Shown here piece by piece: positions 50,226 through 60,551 of a stretch of DNA of 64,000 nucleotides (within the stretch, counting starts at the first letter, position 1; each line of letters starts with the position of its first letter). The stretch lies in contig NC_086108.1 of assembly GCF_963921235.1 (NCBI RefSeq), positions 100,442,001 to 100,506,000 on the forward strand. The letters are read 5' to 3'. A model generated the notes under the pieces. It saw only the letters and a program-made list of their open reading frames with translations. It did no database searches and was not told the DNA's origin. The translations under genes were made by a program, and so were the position numbers. The stretch is from Mobula hypostoma (lineage: Eukaryota).

Positions 50226-51537
50226 CAAAGATGAGAAAATTTTGCAGATGCTGGAAACCCAAGCAACACACACAATATGCAAGAGGCCAGGCAGCATCAG
50301 GGGGAAAGAGTAAACAGTCAACGTTTTGGGCTGAGACCCTTCATCGGGACTGGAAAAAAAGATGAGAAGTCAGAGCAAGAAGGTGGGGGGGAGGGGAGAA
50401 AGAAGTAGAAGGTGGTAGGTGAAAGGTGAAACTGGGAGAGAGGGAGGGGTGAAGTAAAGAGCTGGGAAGCTGAATAGTGAAAGAGATAAAGGACTGGCAG
50501 AAGGGGAATCTGATAGGAGAGGGTAAAAGAGCATGGAAGAAAGGGAAGGGGGAGGAGAACCACAGGGAGGTGATGAGCAGGTAAGGAGGTGAGGTGAGAG
50601 AGGGAAACGGGAATGGGAATGGTGAAGGGGGCGGCAATTGCTAGAAGTTTGAGAAATCGATGGTCATGCCATAATTCTCCATAACTTCCACCATCTCCAA
50701 TGGGATCCTAACATCTTTCACTCCCCCCACTTTCCGCTTTCTGCAGGGATCCCTTATCCATTCATTCCTCCCCACTGATCTCCCTCCTTATCCTAGCAAG
50801 CGGAACAAACGCCATACCTGCCGCTATACCTCCTCCCTCACTACCATTCAGCGCCCCAAACAGTCCTTCCAGGTGAGGCAACACTTCACCTGTGAGTCTG
50901 TTGTGGTCATCTACTGTTTCTGGTGCTCCCGGTGTGGCCTCCTGTATATCAATGAGACCTGATGTAGCTTGGGAGACCACTTTACCGAACACCAACGTTC
51001 CATCGGCCAGAAAAAGTGGGATCTCCCAATGGACACACACTTTAATTCTACTTCCCATTCCCATATGTCAGTCTACCACCGCGATGAGGCCACATTCAGG
51101 TTGGAGGAGCAACAACTTGTATTCTGTCTGGGTAGCCTCCAACCTGATGATGTGAACTCTTGAACTTCCACTAATTGCCCACCCCCAGTTCACCATTCCC
51201 ATTCCTGTTTCCCTCCCTGGCTGTTACCTCCCTGTGGTGTTTCTCCCCCTTCCCTTTGGTGATCTACCCTCTCCTATCAGATTCCCCCTTCTCGAGCCCT
51301 TTATCTCTTTCACCGATCAGCTTTCCAGCCCTTTACTTCAGCCCTCCACCTCTCCAGGTTTCACCTGTCACATACCACCTTGTTCTTCTTTCTCCCTTCC
51401 CCCCACCTTCTTGATCTAACTTCTCATCTTTTTTTTTACAGTCCTGATGAAGAGTCTCAGCCCGAAATGTTGACTGTTTACTCTTTTCCATGGATGCTGC
51501 CTGACCTACTGATTCCCCCAGCAATTTGTGCGTGTTG
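50226..51537. mobile_element. PLE with an inverted pLTR (palindromic, ~1.3 kb)
   Basis: Minus pLTR with tail at 50226-50670; plus-strand GIY-YIG remnant (ORF 50969-51163) and tail-less pLTR; GAGTCCTTA repeated at 50217-50225 and 51545-51553. Confidence 0.85.
51439..51476 (+). ncRNA. Minimal type-I hammerhead motif
   Basis: CAGTC-CTGATGA-AGAGTCTCAGCCC-GAAA-TGTT-GACTG; core intact, GUU site, one stem II mismatch. Confidence 0.65.
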
Positions 51538-52324
51538 TGAGGCAGAGTCCTTAACTGGTCTCCCAAGTAGATGTGAGCATTCCAAAAGAAAACCAGGGAA
51601 GTCAAGCCAATATTTAATTATTTATTGAGATACTGCGTAGAATCTGCCCTGCCCACCAATCCCTCAATTTAATCGGAGCCTAATCATGGAACAATTTACA
51701 ATGACCAATTCACCTAGCAGCCACTATGTCTCTGGACTGTGGGAGGAAACTGAAGCACCTAGAGGGAAACCCACACAGTCCCGGAGAGAATGTACAGGCA
51801 GCGGCAGGAACTGAACCAGCGTCGCCTGTACTGTAAAGCATTGTGCTATCCACTATGCTACCATCCTATCCCCTTGCCCTCATCACATAAACAAAAATAA
51901 AAATCAGGCCAGGGGTTAAGTTACTGGACCAGTTACTTGGTCCATACTGACCAAGGTGCTTTTCCAGGATAATCCCATTTGCCAGCATTTGGCCCCTCTA
52001 AACCTTTCTGATCCATGTACCTGTCCAACTGTCTTTTAAAAGTTATTATTCTACCTGCCTCAGCCACTTCCTCTGGCTAGTTCATTCCTCATAGATACCA
52101 TCCTTTGTGTAAAATTTGCCCCTCGTGTTCTCATTAAATCTTTTCTCTCTCATTTTAAACCCATGCCCACTAGTTCTTGATTTCCCAACCCTGGGAAACA
52201 GATTGAGTTATCTCACCATATCTATAACCCTCATTGTTGAATACTTTTCAATCTCCTGTGCTCTAAGGAAGAAAATCCAGGCCTGTCCAACCACTCCTGA
52301 TAACTCAGTCCCTCATTGCAGTAT

Positions 52325-53333
52325 CTGATGTTTATCAGCTCCGGAACCTGGGCCTTAGCACTCAGATCTGCAGCTGGATTTTCAACTTCCTCACAGACAG
52401 GACCCAGGCTGTAAAAATAGGGGACAAGCTCTCCTCTACAATCACTCTGAGCACCGGTGCCCCACAAGGCTGTGTACTCAGCCCCCTGCTGTACTCACTG
52501 TACACCCGTGATTGTGTAGCCAAGTTTCCAACAAACTTAATATATAAGTTTGCTGATCACACAACAATTGTAGGCCTCCCTGCGCAAGTGGAACAGGTCA
52601 AAAGCTTTAAGTTCCTTGGGGTCAATATCACAAATGACCTGACTTGGTCCAACCAAGCAGAGTTCACTGCCAAGAAGGCCCACCAGCGCCTTTACTCCCT
52701 GAGAAAACTAAATAAATTTGGCCTGTCCCCTAAAACCCTCACTAATTTTTATAGATGCACTGTAGAAAGCATTCTTCTAGTGTGCATCACAACCAGGTAT
52801 GGAAGTTGTCCTGTCCAAGACCGGAAGAAGCTGCAGAAGATCGTGAACACGGCGCAGCACATCACACAAACCTATCTTTCATCCTTGGACTCACTTTACA
52901 CCGCACGCTGTCGGAGCAGTGCTGCCAGGATAATCAAGCACACAACCCACCCAGCCAACACACTTTTCGTCCCTCTTCCCTCTGGGAGAAGGCTCAGGAG
53001 CTTGAAGACTCATACGGCCAGATTTGGGAACAGCTTCTTTCCGACTGTGATAAGACTGCTGAACGGATCCTGACCCGGATCTGGGCCGTACCCTCCAAAT
53101 ATCCGGACCTGCCTCTCAGTTTTTGTGCACTACCTTACTTTCCATTTTTCTGTTTTCTATTTATGATTTATAATTTACATTTTTAATATTTACTAATTTT
53201 AACTTTTTAAATATTTTTAATATTTAATATTTGTAATCCAGGGATTGTGAAGCGCAGATTCAAATATCGTTGTGATGATGGTACGTTCTAGTACTAATTG
53301 TTTGGCGACAATAAAGTATAAAGTATGAAGTAT
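52325..53333 (+). mobile_element. Rex1/Babar-type LINE with an internal deletion, nested in a minus-strand CR1 (~51935-53520)
   Basis: [23 protein letters not shown] then ORF 52588-53073; (AAAGTAT)n tail. Confidence 0.9.
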
Positions 53334-54894
53334 ATCTTTTTCTGCACTCCTTCCTGTTTAATAACACTTTTTTTTCCCAGTAACAGGGCAGCCAGACTGA
53401 ACACAATATTCCAAGCTCAGCCTCACCTGCACTGAGAGATCCCAGCTTCTGTACTCAGTGTTCTGAATGACGAAGGCCAGCATGCCAAAAGTCTTCTTCA
53501 CCATCCTGTCTACCTGTAACTGGATAGATGAAATGTAGATTTAAAGATAGTCTCCATATCAGTCACCAAGAAACTACCAGCGCAATCTACAAATCCATCA
53601 GGGTTCACAGGTGACCTCATTCCTGTGACTCCTGACCCACCGACACAGCTTTCAGAAGCTTTCTCCTAAGTTCAAAGAAAATAAATGCTAGTATCACCAA
53701 CCAGGTTCACATCCTGTGCTTATACAAAGGATGAGTTAAATAAGTTATGGCTTCATGTACTTTTTTTCCCCTTCTAGTCCAAAATAATGTTTTATTTCCC
53801 TACAACACACACACACAACATGCTGGAGGAACTCAGCGGGCCAGGCAGCAACTATGGAAAATGGTACAGTCGACGTTTTGGGCCGAGACCCTTCAGCAGG
53901 ACTCCCAGTATCTCCCTCTCTGCATTTGCTGACACATGTCCCAGCACACAGTTACAATTACAAGAAAGTCATACCAGTGTCTTTACTTTTTTGAAAACTA
54001 AGGAATTTTGGTTTGTCACCAAACACTCAAACAAACTTCTTCAGAAGTTTTGTTGAAAGTTGATTGCCTCATGGTCTGCTACAACAATTCAAATATGCAG
54101 GGTCACAGGAAACTACTGAGTGTAGTGGATTGAACCCTATACATCAGAGGACCGTCCCTTCCCACCACTGGGATGATGTACACAAGGCATTGCCTTATGA
54201 AGGCAACATCGATCATCAAAGCTCCCCACCAACCAGACCATGCCATTTTCTCACAGCTTTCGTAGAGCAGGAGTACAGAAGCCTGAAGTCCCACACCACC
54301 AAGTTCAAGAACAGTTACTCAGTATAACCTCAGTATAGAAACACTACGATCACTTTGCACTACATTGGATATTACTTGTTCTAATTCTGCCCTTTTGTAT
54401 GATATTTGTGTAATTTACTTTTAATTATGTATTTCTTGTGAATGTTGTATATTTGATGCCATGCACCTGTGATACTGCTGCAAGTTTTTCATTGCACCTG
54501 CACATGAATGTATTTGTGTTTTTGACACTAAACTCAACTGACATTTCAAGTCACAATTAGAATCAGGTTTAATATCACCAGCATATGTCATGAAATTTAT
54601 TATCTTGGCAGCTGCAGTACAATGCAATACATAATAATGGGAAAAATGTGAATTACAGTAAGTATATAAATGTATTGAATAATTAAATTAAATAAGTGGT
54701 GCAAAAGTAAAAATTAGTGAGGTAGTGTTCTTGGGTTCAATGTCCATTCAGAAATTGGATGGCAGAGGGGAAGAAGCTGTTACTGAATCATTGAGTGTGT
54801 GCCTTCAGTCTCCCCTGCCTCCCTTCTGATGGTAGCAATGAGAACAAGGCATGCCTTGGGTGATGGGGGTCGAGTTCAGGTTCAAGTTCAAGCT

Positions 54895-56520
54895 TAGATC
54901 CTAGCGGGAAGGTTTGTTAATGCTGCATGGTGGGGTCAAACTAGAGTTGCAGGGAATGGGAACGAGAGTGCCAGAGCAGTTAGTGGAAAGGTTGTGGAGG
55001 CAGATGTTGGTAAGGCTTCAGAAAAAGTTAGGAATCAAAAGGTTGAGCATGGTGCGACAAAATCGAAAAGGGTGAAGACAGGACTGAAGGTGAAATGTCA
55101 CTCCACTCTTCAAGAAAGGAGAGAGGCAGTAGAAAGGAAACTAGAGGCCAGTTAGTTTGACCTCAGCCGTTGGGAAGATGTTGGAGTCAATTATCAAAGA
55201 TGAGATTTCAGGGTACTTGGATGCACATGATAAAATATACCACAGTCAGCATGGTTTCCTCAAGTGAAAATCTAGCCTGGCAAATCTGTTGGAATTCTTT
55301 GAAGAAGTAATAAGCAAGCTAGACAAAAGAGAATCAGTTAGTGTTGTGTACTTGGATTTTCAGAAGGCCTTTGACAAGGTGCCACACATGAGGCTGCTGA
55401 ATAAGCCCATGGTATTACAGGAAAAATTCTAGCATGGATAAAGCAGTTGATGACTGGTAAGAGGCAAAGAGTAGGAATGAAGGGAGCCTTTTCTGACTGG
55501 CTGTCAGTGACTAATGGTGTTCCAAAGGGATCTGTGTTGGGACCAATTATTTTTACATTATATGTCAATGATTTGGATGATGGAATTGATGGCTTTGTTG
55601 CAAAGGTTGCAGATGATATGAAGACAGGTGTAGGGTCAGGTAGTTTTGGGGAAGTAGAGAGGCTACAGAAGAACAGATTAGGAGAATGGGCAGATTAGGA
55701 GAATGGGCAAAGAAATGGCAGATGGAATACAGTGTTGGGAAGTGTATGGTCATGCACTTTGGTAGAAGAAATTAAAGGGTTGATTTTTTTCTAAATAGTG
55801 AGAAAACACAAAAAAACAGAGGTGCAAAGGAATTTGAGAGTCCTTGTGCAGGATTCCCTAAAGGCTAATTTGCAGGTTGAGTCTGTAGCGAGGAGGGCAA
55901 ATGCAACATTATCGTTCATTTCAAGAGGACTAGAATATAAAAGCAAAGATGTAATGGTGAGGCCTCACTTGGAGTATTGTGAGCAATTTTGGGCTCCTTA
56001 CCTTAGAAAGGATGTGCTGAAACTGGAGGTGGTCCAAAGGAGGTTCATGAAAATGATTCCAGGATTGAATGGCTTGTCATATGAAGAGCATTTGATGGTT
56101 CTGGGCCTGTATTCACTAGAATTCAGAAGAATAAAGGGTGACCTCATTGAAACCTGTCAAATGGTGAAAGGCCTTAATATAGTGGATATGGAGCATAGGT
56201 TTCCTATGGTGGGAGAGTCTAGGGCCAGCGGACACAGCCTCAGAATAGAGGGGTGCCCTTTTTGAACTGAGATGAGGAGGAATTTCTTTAGCCAGGAGTG
56301 GTAAATCTGTGGAATTTATTGCTACCGGCAGCTGTGGAGCCCAATCTATCTATATTTAAAGCAGAGGTTGATAGATTCTTGATTGGTCAGGGCACGAATG
56401 GATACAGGGAGAAGGCAAGAAAATGGGGTTGAGAGGAAAACTGCAATCAGCCATGATGAAATGGTGGAGCAGACGCGCTGGGCCAAATGGCTTAATTCTG
56501 CTCCTATATCTTATGGTCTT
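54895..56520 (+). mobile_element. CR1 LINE, internally deleted, RT to 3' end
   Basis: NVTPLFKKG, VYLDFQKAFDKVPH, GVPKGSVLGP, YVNDL, KVADD, RPHLEYCEQFWAPY; several stops and frameshifts. Confidence 0.95.
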
Positions 56521-57635
56521 ACTTGTCATTTGGCCATACATGAACACAGCCAAATGAACAGCATTCCCCTGGGGCCAAGGTGCAAAACAGTACCAACAGC
56601 ACACAGCACAAGGCACTTATAGTTACAACAGCAGAAAAATAGAGTCATAATAAAGGTTGAATGTTGATATGTTCCTCCACCAGATCCCATTTAATTATAC
56701 ACACCTTTGTTTTCACTTCATTCCCCACTCTTACCCCAAAACCCACCTACCCCACCTTCCCATTCCATCTCCTTTACTTACTCCAGCCCCACAAACCTCC
56801 AGCATCTTGGCCAGAACTTTAAGGAATAATATCTGTTGCATGAAAAACTCCTCTCAATATCCAATCTCTCTCTCCAAAAGATGGTGAATGCCCTTTTGCC
56901 TCCAAAGTTCACTCCAATCTTTCCCAGGATTTTGAGCAGAAATCCTTCTGGCTTCCCGTTGTACCTACATAGGCTGTGGCTTTAGACTGAACGCAGCTGT
57001 GCAAGACCTAGGCTCACTGTCTGAGGCTTAAATGAGTTTTCAAACTAGTATCTCACTCATCATTTATTTTCACTTACACAGAGATGCCTAACCTTGTTCT
57101 GACCTCTGCCCTTCCTCTGTTGTAACCTTGTCCAGATTTCATGTCAATTCCAGTTTTTTTTGGAATTTGTTCAGCTCTGCATCACACACTGCAGTTATTG
57201 TGAAACCAACTCCCTGATCGCAAATTTTTAATCAGGAAACTGAGTTCGTTTTCACTTCCTTCAAAACCTCTGACCATCTCTACAAACTTTCCAGTTTAGC
57301 ATCCTTTCTCACACCTTAAATTGTGATCATTTCTACATTGCCAGTCCCTTGTCCTTTACTCTATTCATTTTAGGAGAGTCTTACCAGCCTTGCCCCACTT
57401 TCTATTACTTCTACAGGAAAACCATTCTGCCCATCAACTCCATGCCAACTCTCAACAGAACAATCCTTTCAATATCATTCCTCCCCATTTCATACCCCCA
57501 AAATATTGCACTGTCTCTCACACATGCTCATCACATATTCCTTGGCACAAAATACTCTGCAGATGCTGGGGTCAAAGCAACACTCACAACATGCTGGAGG
57601 AAATCAGCAGGTCGGGCAGCATCCGTGGAAAAGAT

Positions 57636-57673
57636 TGGTCGATGTTTCGGGCTGGAACTCTTCGTCAGGACTG
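57636..57673 (-). ncRNA. Hammerhead motif in the left PLE arm
   Basis: CAGTC-CTGACGA-AGAGTTCCAGCCC-GAAA-CATC-GACCA; core intact, stems with mismatches. Confidence 0.6.
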
Positions 57674-57937
57674 TAGAGGGAAGGGGCAGAGGCCCTATAA
57701 AGAGGGTGGGGGGAGGGTGGGAAGGAGAAGGCTGGTAGGTTCCAGGTGAAAAACCAGTAAGGGGAAAGATAAAGGGGTGGGGGAGGGGAGGCAGGGAGGT
57801 GACAGGCAGGAAAGGTGAAGAAGGAATAAGGGAAAACAAAATGGGTAGTAGAAGAAGGTGGAACCATGAGGGAGGTGATAGGCAGCTGGGGGAGGGGGCA
57901 GAGTGACATAGGGATAGAGGAAGGGAGGGGGAGGGAA

Positions 57938-58320
57938 TTACCAGAAGTTGGAGAATTCTATGTTCATACCAAGGGGCTGGAGACTACCCAGACGGTATAT
58001 GAGGTGTTGCTCCTCCAACCTGAGTTTAGCCTCATCATGGCAGTAGAGGAGGCCATGTATAGACATATCTGAATGGGAGTGGGAAGCAGAGTTGAACTGG
58101 GTGGCTACCGGGAGATCCTGTCTGTTGTGGCGGAAGGAGCGGTGGTGCTCGATGAAGCGGTCCCCCAATCTCCGTCGGGTTTCACCAGTGTAGTGGAGGC
58201 CGCACTGGGAGCACCGGATGCAATAGATGACTCCAACAGACTCACAAGTGACGTGTTCCCTCACTTGGAAGGACTGTTTGGGGCCCTGAATGGTGGCAAG
58301 AAAGGAGGTGTAGGGACAGG
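57938..58320 (-). pseudogene. Inverted duplicate of the PLE GIY-YIG domain
   Basis: TCPYTS..VIYCIRCSQCGLHYTGETRRRLGDRFIEH..MNIEFSNFW. Confidence 0.9.
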
Positions 58321-58337
58321 TTAAGCAGCAGACAACT

Positions 58338-59558
58338 CTCACACTCAATATCTTCTCTTTTGGCTCTTCCCACTTTCTCCAGACTAAGGGTGTAGCTATG
58401 GGAACTCGCATGGGCCCTAGTTATGCCTGCCTCTTCGCTGGTTATGTGGAACAGTCTGTGCTCCAAATCTATTCTGGAACTGCTCCCCAACTTTTCCTTC
58501 GGTACATTGACGACTACATTGGTGCTGCTTCCTGCACCCATGCTGAGCTCATCAATTTCATTTACTTTACTTCTAACTTCCAACCAGCCCTCAAATTCAC
58601 TTGGTCTATCTCGGACACTTCTCTCCCCTTTCTCGATCTCTCGGTCTCCATCTCTGGAGACAGACTGTCCACTGACATCTTCTACAAGCCCACTGACTCT
58701 CATAACTACCTCAACTATACCTCTTCCCACCCCGCCACATGCAAAAATGCCATTCCCTATTCCCAGTTCCTCCGTCTCCGCCGCATCTGCTCCAAGGATG
58801 AGGTTTTCCATTCCAGGACATCTCAAATGTCCTCTTTCTTTAAGGATCGTGGTTTCCCTTCTGCTGTCATCAATGATGCCCTCACCCGCATCTCCTCCAT
58901 TTCACGCACTTCGGCTCTCACCCCATCCTCCTGCCACCACAACAGGGACAGAGTTCCCCTTGTCCTCACCTACCACCCCACCAGCCTCCGGATCCAGTAC
59001 ATTATCCTCCGCAACTTCCGCCACCTTCAACAGGACCCCACCACTAAGCACATCTTTCCCTCTCCACCCCTCTCCGCTTTCTGCAGGGATCGGTCCCTCC
59101 GCGACTCCCTGGTGCACACGTCCATCCCCACGGATCTCCCACCTGGCACTTATCCCTGTAAGAGCAAGTGCTACACCTGTCCCTACACCTCATCTCTTAC
59201 CACCACTCAGGGCCCCAAACAGTACTTCCAAGTGAGGCAACACTTCACTTGTGAGTCTGTTGGAGTCATCTATTGCATCCGGTGCTCCCGGTGCGGCCTC
59301 CACTACGTCGGTGAAACCCGACACAGATTGGGGGACCGCTTCGTCGAGCATCTCCACTCCGTCCGCCACAACAGACAGGATCTCCCAGTAGCAACCCACT
59401 TCAACTCTGCTTCCCACTCCCATTCAGATATGTGCATTCATGGCCTCCTCTACTGCCATGATGAGGCTAAACTCAGGTTGGAGGAGCAACACCTCATATA
59501 CCGTCTAGGTAGTCTCCAGCCCCTTGGTATGAACATAGAATTCTCCAACTTCCGGTAA
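58338..59558 (+). pseudogene. PLE polyprotein, 5'-truncated but open: RT motifs, thumb, Cys-rich linker, GIY-YIG endonuclease (Neptune-like)
   Basis: QTKGVAMGTRMGP, FLRYIDD, LPFLD, YKPTD..Y..SSHP, CKSKCYTC, VIYCIRCSRCGLHYVGET..RFVEH..MNIEF; frame continues upstream of the ATG at 58398 to the inversion junction. Confidence 0.92.
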
Positions 59559-59822
59559 TTCCCTCCCCCTCCTTTCCTCTATCCCTATGTCACTCTGCCC
59601 CCTCCCCCAGCTGCCTATCACCTCCCTCATGGTTCCGCCTCCTTCTACTACCCATTGTGTTTTCCCCTATTCCTTCTTCACCTTTCCTGCCTATCACTTC
59701 CCTGCTTCCCCTCCCCCACCCCTTTATCTTTCCCCTTCCTGGTTTTTCACCTGGAACCTACCAGCCTTCTCCTTCCCACCCTCCCCCCACCTTCTTTATA
59801 GGGCCGCTGCCTCTCCCCCCTA

Positions 59823-59860
59823 CAGTCCTGACAAAGGGTTCTGGCCCGAAACGTCGACCG
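59823..59860 (+). ncRNA. Hammerhead motif in the right PLE arm (core mutated)
   Basis: CAGTC-CTGACAA-AGGGTTCTGGCCC-GAAA-CGTC-GACCG; G8-to-A change, expected inactive. Confidence 0.6.
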
Positions 59861-60327
59861 ATTTTTTCCACGGATGCTGCCCGACCTGCTGAGTTCCTCC
59901 AGCATGTTGTGAGTGTCACATACTCCTTGATCATTTGGCACCTACCTAATCTACAATGGCAGAGATATCGTTTAATACACCTTAATTATAAAAAGATTAG
60001 TGTTATTTGTCACATGTACATTGAAATATGGAAACGTACTGTGAAATGCATTGTTTGCATCATTTGGCAGCCCACAAGTGTAACCAATATAGCTGTAGCA
60101 TGTGTTGTTCCTTCCCACATCAGGCGGCAACCTTACCATTTCTTCAGCATTTTTGTTTTTGGCTAGCTGAACACCCAATCCAGCACGGATGGAAAGAATG
60201 TAAGGAGCCGGCCAGATTTGAACCTGGGACCAACAACAGGAATTCTGCAGATGCTGGAAATTCAAGCAACACACATAAAAGTTGCTGGTGAATGCAGCAG
60301 GCCAGGCAGAATCTCTAGGAAGAGGTG

Positions 60328-60365
60328 CAGTCGACGTTTCAGGCCGAGACCCTTCGTCAGGACTA
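60328..60365 (-). ncRNA. Minimal type-I hammerhead ribozyme, intact
   Basis: TAGTC-CTGACGA-AGG-GTCTCGG-CCT-GAAA-CGTC-GACTG on the minus strand. Confidence 0.85.
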
Positions 60366-60513
60366 ACTGAAGGAAGAGTGAGTAAGGGATTTGAAAGTTG
60401 GAGGGGGAGGGGGAGATCCAAAATGATCAACTGAAGGAAGAGTAAGGGATTTGAATTTTGGATCTCCCCCTCCCCCTCCAATTTTCAAATCCCTTACTCA
60501 CTCTTCCTTCAGT

Positions 60514-60551
60514 TAGTCCTGACGAAGGGTCTCGGCCTGAAACGTCGACTG
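60514..60551 (+). ncRNA. Minimal type-I hammerhead ribozyme, intact
   Basis: TAGTC-CTGACGA-AGG-GTCTCGG-CCT-GAAA-CGTC-GACTG; predicted cleavage after C60546. Confidence 0.85.

Larger units (their letters stand above)
57545..59915. mobile_element. Penelope-like element with ~740-bp inverted arms and a 14-bp TSD
   Basis: 57581-58321 is the reverse complement of 59175-59915; flanks TCACATATTCCTTG (57531-57544) and TCACATACTCCTTG (59916-59929). Confidence 0.95.

Noticed and set aside
58423..59235. 270-aa Ser/Pro-rich ORF, and the 194-aa antisense ORF 58242-58826
   Set aside because: Alternative frames of the C-rich PLE coding sequence, with no independent motifs
57545..59915. Long terminal inverted repeats suggesting a DNA transposon
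   Set aside because: The content is RT plus GIY-YIG, and the repeats are duplicated 3' ends of unequal length
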